NCBI GenBank assembly: GCA_047495785.1
Contig: JBLDXI010000009.1
Coordinates: 1,302,001-1,366,000, forward strand
DNA length: 64,000 bases
Reading direction: 5' to 3'
Source: Lepidodermella squamata
Lineage: Eukaryota; Animalia; Gastrotricha
Position numbers and translations under genes: made by a program. A model generated the notes under the pieces. It searched no databases. It was not told where the DNA came from and worked only from the letters and a program-made list of their open reading frames with translations. This document shows positions 12,525 through 25,171 of the stretch, one piece after another (position 1 is the stretch's first letter; each line of letters starts with the position of its first letter).

Positions 12525-15500
12525 TCACAACACATCGTCATTCGCGGCAAGTCTTGCCCGCGCGTCAGATGATTCATTCACGTTAACAATCGGCTTTCGC
12601 AATTTTACAGTCGAGCCGTTTTGTTGGTGCTTCATTGGACAGTCGGGTTTAGCCGCCACTTGTCGATAGTCGCTTGGTCCCTTTTTCTCATGGGCTTGCA
12701 GCACGCGAACACGATACAGCAGATCAGGCTGAAAAATCGGAAAAAATTTAAATCAGCCATCACTTAGCCATCAAATATTTATAAGTGTCAACTGCTGTAA
12801 AAAAAATTAACTTGAAGCTAAAAAAATTGTCAATTTATTCACATTGAAATTAAAATTTTAATTTTAAATTTTAATTAAATTAATTTAAAAAATAAAAAAA
12901 TACGCAAAATTGTTAAGGAGGATTTTTTAAATTTGGCAAAAATAAAAAAATGAATATCTTACCTTTGTAACATTGATGAGGAATCGGATGAAAATGACCG
13001 GTAAGCAGCAAATCGCGACGGCTAGAACTGCGACGAGCCAGAAGTTGGGCGATGCCCAGACCGCGGCCGCCACTCCGATATTTTCCGAGTCGTACTTTGA
13101 GGCGATTCGCGCAATCACGTACTGGCAGACAAACACGCTGAAAACGCTGAAAAATGGCCCGATACTGGCTCGCGACCAGTGAGTCGTCTCTAAACAGCAC
13201 CGAATGGTGACGACAAGAACGAGAACAGTGCCGAGGGCGATGCAAACGGCTGATTTGCTCGTCGTAACCGGGTCGCCGGAGTAGTGCGTAAAATCGGCAA
13301 AAGCGTATCGAACGAGGAAAAATGTGACCAGCGACGTGAAAATGCCCTCGAGCATTGCGATTAAAAACCGGGTAAATGTAAAGTAGCGACCTTTCAGACC
13401 GGGGTAGTAAGTTTTCGGGTACTTTTGCGCGTAGTACTCGTTTAGATCCTGCTCGAATAGCGACAGGTATAACAGCGGAACAGGCGTGTACATCATGTCG
13501 TAGGCAGTAATGAACCACTGGTCGAAAATCGACGTTCCCGACCAGCCGCAGAAAATTCCGTACCAGAACTGGCTGGTCGCGTAAGCTAGCGTTTTGTAGA
13601 AGAAGAATTTGAGGAAAGTCGCCATTCTCAGGTAGTTCCACCGGCCGTGTACCAGAAGCAGTCGCTGGAGGAAGCGGAATTGGGCAAAAGCGAAATCAGA
13701 TGACAAAACCGCTTGCATTCCTTCATTTCCAGAAATTCCAACGCCGATATGCGCAGTTCGAATCATGTTTCTAAAAAATAAAATAAACGTTAAGAGCCAG
13801 GAACAACACGAAATCATGTCTACACTGAATATTTTGAATCTGCCCTCCACGTAAAGCTTGAGGCTAAAACTTAGTCTCAAGACTTAAAGCCGAAGTCTAC
13901 CCTAAAATCATCAATGTTCAGAATCTTCCGAACTTTTTTGCCTATTTTGTTTTGGTATGTGAGATGTTTCTTGAATATAAATGACCGTATGGACATAAAT
14001 TCAAATTGCTCAACCTAGAAACCAGAGAAGGGGATCCAGATGGAAGAAGTTGATACATCTGACCATTGGATACTCGCAAATGTCCGTTCACTTCGACTAG
14101 GAGCAACCAGTCTTAACGAGACGACCGATTTCGCTGAATTCCGGTCTCGCAGTATTTTACATCAGTACCTCGATTGCGACGTCAACATCGAAGCACTGAC
14201 GCAATGGCTTCTCGGACGAGTGAATTTCACAGGCTCGTTATGTGACTTCTATACTCATGATTTGACTTTGATTGGTTGATGCAGCATACAGCTAAAATTT
14301 GTTGAATTTACTTTATTTTATTTGCTATTGCTCATGTCAGGTACGTCTTCCGACTGAAACTGGACGATGATCTGAATTTCAGCTTTTTTCTCCAAGCTGG
14401 GTCAGGTGGAGCCTATTTGTGCGAATCTTCGGACCTGAATGCACGATTCAATGCGCACATAAACCGCTATAGCGCTGCCATCTGCTCTACCGGAAAACAA
14501 GCGTGGCCATACTACGGCGCTATCGGAAGGCGTCCTACTCCGAAAGACCCTTTCAGACTGTTGTAGGACACAGTTCAGAGGGTAATTTGACCTCATCAAA
14601 TGAAACACAAGCAAGTAAAAAGTTGCCAAGCATGATTTGCAAGTTTCCAAAGGAAACAGTCATCAGATGCGAATTATAACATTCCATTTCATGTTATTTA
14701 AGTTATTTGAACAATTTGCTTAACGTTTGGTACCTGTTTTTCGATATTTGTACTACATGCAGCATTTAGCTTATGTGGTTTTTTAAAGTATTGGTCTTCC
14801 TTTCTCATATTTGTTTTTCAATGCTACTACATCATTTCAAAAGTTTCATACGCAGTTTTCCTTTGTTATTCATTTGTTGCGGGAACTTAAGAACTTGAGA
14901 ACTGTATAACACTCTGTCATCCCCTGACTCTCTGAGCAACTAAAATTCACCGGATTACGCGCCATTATATAGGCCTCTAGGAGTCTAAGCCGACTTGTAT
15001 CAATATTTCGAAAATGACTGGGTCGGCGTTTGGCGATACGGCCAACAAACTGTCCATCTAGAATTCGATTTCGAACTTAGGAGAATGGCCTCATCATGGA
15101 CCTTCAAAAAGAGCAGAATCTGATGGAAGAGAGGGTGGCCGACTTCCGGCTCTGCCGCGATGTCTCGCGATGCTCTGAAAAGAAATATCTGGACGCAAAC
15201 GATGGATCTCAACCCCACTGTGCTGTTAAATCGAGCCTTACATTTTTTATTCTTGGTGGCTAGACTTTAGGCGAAATATCCCGCTATATAGCCGCGGCCA
15301 GCCGATAAAAACACAATTTTTGCTACTGAACTGTAAACACTAGTTCCCAGCAATTTGGCTTGCGTTTCGGTTAGACTTTGATCGATTCAAGTGACTTCCA
15401 GTGACACTGGCCAAATTTTAAATTAAAATTCGTCCTTCTTTTCTTCATTCTAGTTATCATGAAAAACCCTCATCACGGCTTTCACGAAATTTAATTTCGT

Positions 15501-18500
15501 GTGCGTGAAGTTTGGTACTTTTCCAGCTATTTATATAACTAATTATCACCCTTGAAAAATATCGTGGTAAGAAAACTCTTCAGTAACAAAATTAACGGGG
15601 TAAAATTAATGCAATTAAAGCTAAAAATATAAAAAATGGGTCCTCCTTTTAGCGGAACCACATTTTGGAATTTTCTAGTGCCCTGAAATCGTTTTTCGGA
15701 TATTTCTTGCGGGTCAAGATTGGCCACAATAATTCTACAAAAATCACCAGTAAATTCAGCGCAACATTCTCTATAAGACAGAGTGTTTAATTCAGAATTC
15801 ATACTTATCCTAAAATTCGTAGAATTATTCAAAAAAGGACTCGGAGGAACATTTTTCGACTTTTTTCCGCAAAAAGCAAATTTGGTTCCGCTAAAAGATA
15901 TTCTATACAAAATGGACAAATTCGAAGCTTACACATCATTTCCTCCATCACCAATAGCCAGAGTTACGGCGTTCTTCTTCCGCCTAACCAGCTCAACGAC
16001 GCGCCCCTTTTGCAGCGGAGCAGCTCGGCAGCAGATCACCGTCTGACACGAACAGGCCACCTTGAGAAACAAATCTTCCAGCGGTTCAGTCAACGCGTGA
16101 AACAAGCTATGGCCGCTGATAATCAACGCAAAATCAGTTTTCCTCGTCCGCTTCACGCCGCCGTTCATGATGAAAGCTCGAGCCGAATCTGTTCGCTTAA
16201 TACCATTCATCGCATCGGCCTGAGCTCTTCGTTCAATCAAATCGAGCGCATCGCGAAGTTGCTGGTCAACCCCAGGGAAGCACTCGGCATCGACGATCAG
16301 CTCCTCAGTCGAACTCCTCAGCATATTACAAGACTGGCCGATGTTAATCGCAGTTTCCTGCTTATCCCCGGTTAGAACCCAGATTTTAATACCCGCCGCT
16401 GTCAGATTCGCAATCGTCTCCGGGACGCCTTCTTGCAACTTATCTTCAACCCCAGTCGCGCCGATTAAAATCAAATTCTTCTCAATGGCTAAACAGCAGT
16501 CGTAGATAAGCTCCTCACGGTCCTCGAGAGATTTACTCGCCGCCTGGAATTTCGAGTTCCAACTCGCCCATTCCGCATCGTCGATATCTCGATAGGCGCA
16601 GCATAACGTCCTGAGACCACTACTCGCGAATTCGGTCAAATGCTGCCGGGTCCGATCGACCATACCCCGTTGGCTGTCTTTCAACAGAGTTAAAATCGTC
16701 GAATCAGCACCTTTGCACAACAAACGACGTTTCCCGGTCTCATCCTCAATAACTACAGACATTCGTTTCCTCGTAGTGTCAAACTCGAGAAGGGCGAGAA
16801 TTTTATACGTCCTTTCTTCGCCTAAAACTTCGAGAGTTAGTGTCGAATGAGTTCGGCCTTTGAACACAAAACCGAAATTCCGAGCCGCGGAAACCAGGGC
16901 GGCTTCATCCGGCGACTGGGCTTTGTAAGCCAGCCGGCCATTTTCGTCCGTTTCCGTGTTCAGCGTGTGGCAAATTGCGAGTAACAGGAAGAAATCGTGG
17001 CAGTCGCCGTTGCGAACAGCATCGAGCAGACTGTGGTCGTAGAACTTGAAGTCCCGTTCATGAAAAGTAGGCTCGTGCTTCTCGAAATTAACCCGTAATT
17101 CAACCTCATTTTCCGCGCATAAATACACGTGCTCGCCGGTTTTCGGGTCCCGGGGCTCGCCGTACGCGACCCCGCCAATCGAGCACTTATTGAAGTTCAT
17201 CACGTTCTGGGTCAACGTGCCGGTTTTATCCGAAAAAATGTACTCGATCTGGCCGAGATCTTCGTTTAACAGCGTCGACCTAGCCTGGGCTCGAGTATCT
17301 GTCTCAGGGTGGTACATATCCTGGTCGCCGTTGATGAAATAGCGACTGAGGAAAATTTGAATAAATTCAATTGTTGTGTACAGCGTGACAGGTAGTAGAC
17401 GTTGCACGAGTAAGAAGTACGACAGACATTGCCAAATTGCGATTTTGAGTGGGGAGGCGCCTTCGATTTGCATCCACAAGCCGTAAGCCTCCTTAAAATG
17501 CAGACCGATGCCGCTTTCGAACAAATAACCCTGAATAGCCGAGGTCGTCAGAAGAATTACCATAATGACAAACAGACCTAAAAAATCAAAGAAAAATTTG
17601 AAAGAAATCTAGAACTTGATTCAACTTACCACAAAGGTACTTATTCAGCTGCTTTTCCATTCGAGTGCGCTTATACAGTGTCTTACCGGCGTTTTTCATC
17701 AGTTTAGTCTGACGGCCGGTGTAAATTACGAGCCCGTAGGCCCATTCAGTATTTCGAAGGGTGCAACCCCGAAGTAGAACATTCGTATTATTCAACGCAT
17801 AGGTCTGACCAAGCCAGTCGAGACGGCCGGTAAAACGGGTCAAATGATTATTCGGGGCATCGCATTTAATCTCACCTATAATAAAAAAATTAATCATTTT
17901 AAATTTAAAATAAATTTAAGGTGGAATTACCATTAAAAGATGCCAGTTGACTCAAATCGTCAGCCATAGCAGATGTGCACGAAACGGTTTGTCGAAACTT
18001 GAGGTTAGTTTCGCCATCCAATTCAGCAGTATCAATGTAGCACAGGCCATTAGCCTCGCTAGACGACAGCAGGATCATATCAGCGGGGACAGCCTCGTTT
18101 TTGTTGAGTTTCACAACTTGACCGACATGGATTTTAGCCCACGTTGTCGATTTCAACTGCTGGCTGTCTGTGTCTAAAATTGTGGCCTGGCGATTGTTGA
18201 CGCGACGGTCGGATCTGGCACGAAAAAAATCATCGACGCCCTGCCGGATAGCAGTGACGGACATAATAACACCTACAAATCAAATTACGGGGTAATAAAA
18301 TTATTCATGAAACCGAAAATACTCACTTAGGACGATTGCTTTCGGCAAAGGACCGATTGGCGAAATGAGAGGAATAGCCTGAAAAATAATAAAATTATTT
18401 AGCGAATTTTATAATTTTTTCTAAATTTTTGTTACCTGTAAGAAGACGAGTACGAGGAAGTAAATATTGGCTGTGCGAAGGAATTGCTCGAAGAGATTCA

Positions 18501-18987
18501 GCGGAATAAAAGTGTAAATGTTGTAACGCGAGGTTTTGATTGAATTATCACAGTATTTCATCTTGGCGTTGAACTTGGCGTCGCTGCCTCGAACAACGCG
18601 CTGCGATTCCGGCCGGTCGTGCGGCTCGAACATGCGGTAAAAAAGATGCTGCAGGCTCCATTCCCGCCACGACGCATGGCTGAAGAAAGAGCGGCGCCAT
18701 GGCTTCTTGCCGATGTCGAGCTCAAAGTGGCGCCGAGCTTCCGACGCCGTTTCACTAACCGGGGTAATGGCGGCGATTGACAGAGCCGACTGCGACGAAA
18801 TGCCATTCAGGTGCTGAGTTTTCGTCGACAGAGGCAGCAATTTCTGCTTCGCGGCTCGGTGGTCGTTTTCTAAATCTCGCTCCTCTACATGGCTGTTATC
18901 AAAAGCGGCAGCCTCCGGTGAGTGATTTCCGGTGGCCGGGCAGTGATTGTCGTTATCTCGCTCGTCATTATCGTCTCCAGCTGCCAT
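12525..18987 (-). CDS. ATP8B-like: P4-type flippase, ATP8B-like, copy 2 (contains a roughly 2.15-kb intron at about 13771-15930)
   Basis: [44 protein letters not shown]|[23 protein letters not shown]; last exon ends at 12525. Confidence 0.95.
15646..15897. repeat. Inverted repeat pair (MITE-like remnant) in the long flippase intron
   Basis: cttttagcggaacca at 15646-15660 and its exact reverse complement tggttccgctaaaag at 15883-15897. Confidence 0.55.
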
Positions 18988-20653
18988 TCGTTTGAACAAG
19001 AAAATCAGGCAACACGAAACGGAAAATCACGTTAAACACATGTTTCTAGAAATTTCTATTAAAAAAGAAGTAGCATGAGTACAAATTCATTCATAAGAAT
19101 AAATACGAGCAGCGACATACTCACGCTCTATCACTGACCAGTTATATGAGCAGACAATGAAACTACAAGGGTAATAACCTGCGTAACTCATCGCCGGAAA
19201 TGTCGGTTTTGGGTATAATAATGAGAGAGGTTAAGGTAAACAGAACATCATCACAATTTATTCGTCGTTATAATACATATTATCGTGGCAGTCGACAAAC
19301 ACGCGGTGGTGGATCACAAAGCTCAGCCAAGTGATGTAGAGACAGTTTAGCCGGTGAGAAACGTGCTGTTTTAGGAGGCGTGTAACTACGCCAGCTACTG
19401 GTTGATGGGGCAGATTTTTTCAGGGTCGAAATGCCGAAAATGGCCTACATACGCATACAGCAGAAGTGAAGCAGAGTATTGACTGACTATACACAGATGT
19501 GTGTGTGCGTATATGTTGTATGTGCGTGGCTGCTATAGCAGTATGTGTGCTTTTAATATATATCGTGTATCGTGTATATCGTAAGCAATTTTCCTCTTCT
19601 GAATGCGAGCACGTTTTTTGCATTTGGCTTGCCAATGCGGCGCCGCGCCACGCGCTTCATCCTGTACTATCAACAAAAAATGGGGTATTACGAGCACGCG
19701 ATTCCAACAGCGTCGCAGAAGAGAAGGTCAAAAAAATTAAAAGACCAATTTTCTTTGGACGTTTATTGCCCTTGCCTCCTCGACAATACATTAGAATTTC
19801 TGGAAAACAAACCTGGAAAACATTTTTACAATGTAAAAGGTTTACGATCTGAGTCACACCTAAAGAATAGCATGCATTGTTTGTCGAATTTTTATTTCAG
19901 CGAATAGGGGTAAATAATAAGTCAGGGGATAAAGTATTTGTAATCACTGAAACCATCGAATAATTCCTAGTTAATCCATAGGATTCTGGATCCGATTGTC
20001 TTCGGGGCTTCAAAAATCGCTCGAGGGTTTCTACCTTGTCGTATTTCTTTCCGGCTCGATGCGCACTTGATAACACTTATATCATGCCGGCCGTGACGCG
20101 TAGGAAAACCCCGCGAGCATCTGCGACGAAAATGTGATCAAAACAAGCGGCTTATCGAGAGGGATTTTTTCTAATCTAGATGCGGACACCTGAATCGATT
20201 TTTGCTCAATTTTTTGCCTAAAGGAAAATAATTTTATTTACAAGGAAAATGAAGAAATGATGGAAAAAAATCCTCTAGCTTTATTAAAGGACCAGGAATC
20301 CTTTGGCCAAAGTCTCAAGTGCCAAAATTAAAATTAATCGGACTCGTGATAGCGTAATGCCGGCGGGATTTGATTACTAGTGTCTTGTGAAAAAATCTTA
20401 ACAACAGAATCCCGCCAGGAGTAAAACCGGCTGAAATAAGCGCAACAAAATACTGCTGTTATCCTGCTTAATTCAGTATATTTTTTGAGCTGAAATGTCG
20501 ATCGCAACAACGATTCTATAAACGAAGAGAGCTGGGAAAAATTGAGCTTGAAAATGCAACGGTACTATGTTAGGATAATTTAATTCAATGTTCGCTCTGA
20601 AACTGAAAGGTGATTTAATATTTATTGAACCAATAGCTATTGAGTCGACACTA

Positions 20654-23050
20654 TTATTCGTGTTCATCCTGCGGATGGCTCTGTCTTTGGCTCTTTCTCA
20701 GAATCAGCGACATAGCTTGCCAGTTGATAATCGCCGAAGTTACAGTTGAGCTGAATAGTAGCAAAAATGCCATCAAGATATGCTGATTCAGGGCATTGTT
20801 AATGACATTAAGAGCAAGCACGCCGCCAACCATGAGCGAAGCTTGATTTCCAACAGCTTGGCGAACGTACTTCATCCCCATCGCTTTTTCAGCCCGTCGA
20901 AGTTGGTAAGCCAACAGACCTGAAGCAAGCAGTAAGACGGCATTCATGACTAATAGAGCTATTTCGAATGCATGCGAAGTGTTGGAGTAGCAAGCGCCGA
21001 TATAGCTAATTTTGAGGACATCATTCTCGACATCATTCACGACTTCTCGCTGCGTCTCAAAGTAAAGAGACGGGTCAGTTGCCATCCATGCCAAGAGTGT
21101 AATCAAAATCGCGATGAGATAAATAAAGAATAAGAGAAGCAAAAGAGATTCTCGGATTGGTACATCCCTATTACTAGATGTGTGCCGAACGACTCGATGC
21201 TCAAAATACGAACTGGAATCCGTGGAAACCTTAGGATTCCGTTGTGTTGAATTTGTCGAATTTGTAGTATTTGCAGTATACCATGTCGTCCGCTGATTTC
21301 TTATAGACTGCGATGATTTCCGTCGATTACTCGCGGCTTTTGCAACGTAAAGCCTGACGTAGAGGAAAATGTGTATCCCAGAGAGACCCAACACGGCAAG
21401 AGATGTCCTGGCAATGCAGAGGACATTCGCTTCCCTAATTTTCATCTGAGTCGAATAAAGAACCGCTGATAAATTCATGAAAATACACGCAAGTGTGGTA
21501 ATGCTGATTTTGGTCTTAGGGTAATCTTGCTGAATTTCCTGTAAATTGCGATGCGCAATTTTGAAGCCCGCCATCGCTATGTTTAACAAAGACACAAAGA
21601 TTGCCCAGGCTAGGACAACTCCAAAAACAACCTGAGGAACTTCATGATAGTCGTACAGAATTTCGATAGAATCTTTTGGCGGTAAGCCAGTCTTCGTCTT
21701 CCAACTTATTGGCTGTGAACTCTTCATTTCGTAGTCATCAATGCCGTAACCCGAAGCGTTGGACTTCCTTAAAAGTCTAGCTAATATTTCATAGCCACTC
21801 GATCGCGACCATCTCATTACATATTGCACTTCATCATCCATTTCGAGTCGTTCGGAATATTTTACGAAGCCAGTTCTAACCCCGGTGTAGGTAACTTTCC
21901 CGACAGTTGCGTTTACAACGTTCAACACCAAGTTCGGATTAGTTTTGTAGTCTCGCAGTGAAAGGTTCATTGTTTTCAACACCTGTTCTGCTTTGTCCAA
22001 CGTTACAGCGGCCTGAAGAGCCATGTCGTAGCAAATGTGCCGGCGATCGTAATCGCCGCTTCGCGAATTGTTCATCGCCTTATCCGCTAATTCTTCAACT
22101 TGATTGACATCTAATCCGAAAAAACTGCTCGGGCCATTGTTCGCCATCGCAACTATTGCAGGACCAATGCTGAACGTCAGCTCTGCTTGAGATCGCAAAA
22201 TTTCAGGTGTACAGCCGGCTGGCAAAGCTGGTAAAGGGTCCATAACTGGTTGGTTATTCGAATCGATGATGAATACGTATTTCGGCCCTGATAACCCGAA
22301 ACGGTGAGCCCAGCATAAAAACTTGACTGTATTTCCAACATCCGAAAATTGGGCGATAATAATTCGAGCTCCGCTGTCTCTCAACATGGCCATTGAAATG
22401 TCGTCCACGTCAAGAAATGCGTTGAAGAATTGAATGTCGAATCCTAATTGTTGGCTGAAGTCGTAGAAAGCAAGGCCCATTTGAACGTTGAAAATGTTAG
22501 CGGCATGCATGAACACCGCAATTTTCTTCCATGTCTTCTGTTGGCTGATGAAAACAGCCCTAACAAGGGTTGTCATCTCACCCGATGGGCGAACCCGGTA
22601 GAAATTAGGATAGACCTTACGATTAGCTGTGAAATAGGGTGCAGTACAAGCCGATGCGATTGTAGCCATTCCGAGGTGATGAACGACCTTGCCAAGACTG
22701 TTGCAGCCTGGGGTGAAGGTCGAGCCAACTGTTAAGGGTGATTGAAACGCGTTCATCTCGGTATCGAAACTTCGGGAGAATTTGACAGCTTTCGAAACTA
22801 ACAGATCACTGTTACGAGTTTCGTCTTCGAAAACTGGTTCAATGGCGTAATCTGGCAGGATATCGGTTCGATTATTTGCCAGTTTCGTGACAAGTTCAGT
22901 TACAGCTCTGCAGTGCTTGCCATCGCGCGGTTCTGCCCCGGTGAAGGCCATAGTGAATAGCAATTTCAAGCGATACGGTTTGCTAATAGCCAAAACATGT
23001 GTTATTGGCAAGACGAAACTCAAGAGGACGATCACCCTTAATTTTTCCAT
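20654..23050 (-). CDS. Intronless class C GPCR, GABA-B-receptor-like (Venus flytrap plus 7TM, no Cys-rich domain)
   Basis: Signal peptide MEKLRVIVLLSFVLPITHVLA; NNRTDILPDY, YPNFYRV, WKKIA, ARIII, GLSGPKYVFII, PPKD; seven hydrophobic segments with AWMATDP at the end of TM4. Confidence 0.88.
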   Translation of the reverse strand: MEKLRVIVLLSFVLPITHVLAISKPYRLKLLFTMAFTGAEPRDGKHCRAVTELVTKLANNRTDILPDYAIEPVFEDETRNSDLLVSKAVKFSRSFDTEMNAFQSPLTVGSTFTPGCNSLGKVVHHLGMATIASACTAPYFTANRKVYPNFYRVRPSGEMTTLVRAVFISQQKTWKKIAVFMHAANIFNVQMGLAFYDFSQQLGFDIQFFNAFLDVDDISMAMLRDSGARIIIAQFSDVGNTVKFLCWAHRFGLSGPKYVFIIDSNNQPVMDPLPALPAGCTPEILRSQAELTFSIGPAIVAMANNGPSSFFGLDVNQVEELADKAMNNSRSGDYDRRHICYDMALQAAVTLDKAEQVLKTMNLSLRDYKTNPNLVLNVVNATVGKVTYTGVRTGFVKYSERLEMDDEVQYVMRWSRSSGYEILARLLRKSNASGYGIDDYEMKSSQPISWKTKTGLPPKDSIEILYDYHEVPQVVFGVVLAWAIFVSLLNIAMAGFKIAHRNLQEIQQDYPKTKISITTLACIFMNLSAVLYSTQMKIREANVLCIARTSLAVLGLSGIHIFLYVRLYVAKAASNRRKSSQSIRNQRTTWYTANTTNSTNSTQRNPKVSTDSSSYFEHRVVRHTSSNRDVPIRESLLLLLFFIYLIAILITLLAWMATDPSLYFETQREVVNDVENDVLKISYIGACYSNTSHAFEIALLVMNAVLLLASGLLAYQLRRAEKAMGMKYVRQAVGNQASLMVGGVLALNVINNALNQHILMAFLLLFSSTVTSAIINWQAMSLILRKSQRQSHPQDEHE

Positions 23051-24095
23051 TCTGATATCGTTTAAGAATTTCCTAGGCGCAAATAATAGCAAAAGGATTC
23101 ACTATTCTGATGGCTGGTCATATAGTATGGAATTCTGAATATATTGCTTGTATAAATTTAGATCTTAGGCTAAGGCAGTTTTTGAGATTAGGAAGCTAAT
23201 TTCAAGCTTAAGTGAGGAATGCCTGACTTTGTGCGTCCAGTGACCGTGCACCATTAGATGCGCGGGAGGGGAGAAACCGGAGAGATGTAAACCAATACTT
23301 TGCCACTTTGCCATATCATTCGATTTATTTTCGCACAATGCTTAAAACAATGCCATCCGTTGTATTGGATTGAAATAACCTTTTTGTACATTCTCGGTAC
23401 GCAATTCTACGCAATTCGAGGGGTATGCCGTCTTGTTCAGCAAAATTTGAACGAAGATTTGAGACATTTTTCAGTTGATATGTTGGCGTCCTATGCAGCT
23501 CGTCGGCATTAAGCATGCGAACTTCCTGTTGAACATTTTCTCATCCGACCTGCCACGAGAGCGTGATGAACGTGTTTCGTTACAAGTTTTTACCAGGCTC
23601 CTCTCGAAATTATTTGCTCAGTAACTAAAAAAATTCAGATTTGGCGCGGGGTATGAGGAAGTCTATTAAAAGGTCATATTCAACACCGAAAACAGGAAGC
23701 TCTGAGCTTATTCCGGCTATTAGGTATCGGCATACCTTAGTTCGGATAAAATCGCGAATTTCAAGTCAGGTATTTTGCGTTTTATTGTGAAACTCAAGGA
23801 ATCATCATTTTTGGCAATAAATTGTAAAAAAATGCGAATAATAAACGCGGATAATTGCACAGTAGCGAGAGTCACAGTATCATATACCAAATAAATTAAA
23901 GCCGGAATACTATTCGAGTCAATTTTTAGCGAGGTTTCACCTCTTATTCGCTGCACAGCAGCTAAAACCGTAATAAATTTTTCTAGCATTTTTTACCAAT
24001 TTTTCGAAATAAAAAAAATGATTAGCTTCTATTTACAGTCAAGCGGATTTGCGTATATACTGGTTCAAGCGGAAGTTTCTGAGAAATTTCTGTTT

Positions 24096-25171
24096 TCAAC
24101 GAATTTTCGTCGTCGCGTTAGGTGACAGACCGCCGAAGCCGATGTCGACGAGGGCAGCTTGCGAGCCGCAATAGGCCTGGTTTCCGAGGGCGGCTTGTCC
24201 CATCGCGTGTTGGCACTGTTGTTGCTGTTGCTGTTGGCGGATGCAGGCGGCGATAGCTGATTCATAGAGGGCGGGGTCAAGTTTCGCCGACGACGTAGCG
24301 TTGATGACTTCGGTCGACTCGCTCTTCGACGAGTGGCGAGCGGCGATGTAGTAGAAGCCGGAGGTTGCCAGCGAGATGATGCCGCCGATGAGCGAGAAGT
24401 AGAAACCGAGATCGGGCACCATGTGAATGCTAAGCATGTAAATTGTACAGAAAAATTAAAAAATCGTACCCAAAACAAATTAAAATGATCGAAAAATCAA
24501 CATAAAATTGAAAATAAATCACGAATAGAAAGAAATCTACTTACTTAGAAAGGTCGAGGTTGAACTTGTTGCCGAACATGGCTGAGCCACTGAGGATGAG
24601 GGACGGTTCACTGGTCAGTTTCGCAGTGGCGTATGAGCAAGAGAAGATCGAAAGCAGGCCAGCGATGGCATTGCAAACGCAGAACCCGGCGACACTGACT
24701 GTCTTGTAGCGAGGTCCGAAGCAAAGCAACAGCCCACCGATAGACATGGCGAAGAAATAGAACACGGGGCTCATCAACGAACAGGCTTGAACGGCTTTCC
24801 ACCAATCTGTGACGATAATGAAAATTAGATAATAATCTCAAATTTTGATCTCGAAACGCACCAGGGAGATGGCCGTGGATAGGGCAAGGGTAGCAGGCTG
24901 TAATCATCAAATCATGACCGTAGTGGCCAGTTTGCATGTCGCGTGATTCACTGCACAGTTTGATTTCGCAGCACCGAAACAGCCCAGCCTCGTAGACAAT
25001 CTGTTGAAGGTAGCGCTGGTCACGTGGGCAACGCGGGTCGGTTTGAACGGCCAAGTTCGGCCCGGATGAGCTGGTCACCATGCGGGGCAGGGAGACACTG
25101 ATAATTTGAGCGACCATGGTCAGCGCGACTTTGCACAAGCAGATGACAAGAACAACTCGAACGCCACCCAT
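24096..25171 (-). CDS. Claudin/PMP22/EMP-superfamily tetraspan membrane protein; 3 exons, poly-Q C-tail
   Basis: TM1, then GLFRCC...C loop; spliced DWWKAVQACSLM, TM2-TM3, then DLGFYFSLIGG TM4. Confidence 0.7.

Noticed and set aside
12840-12900. AT-rich aaattt runs here and at about 42810-42860
   Set aside because: Low-complexity intron sequence; the similarity is uninformative
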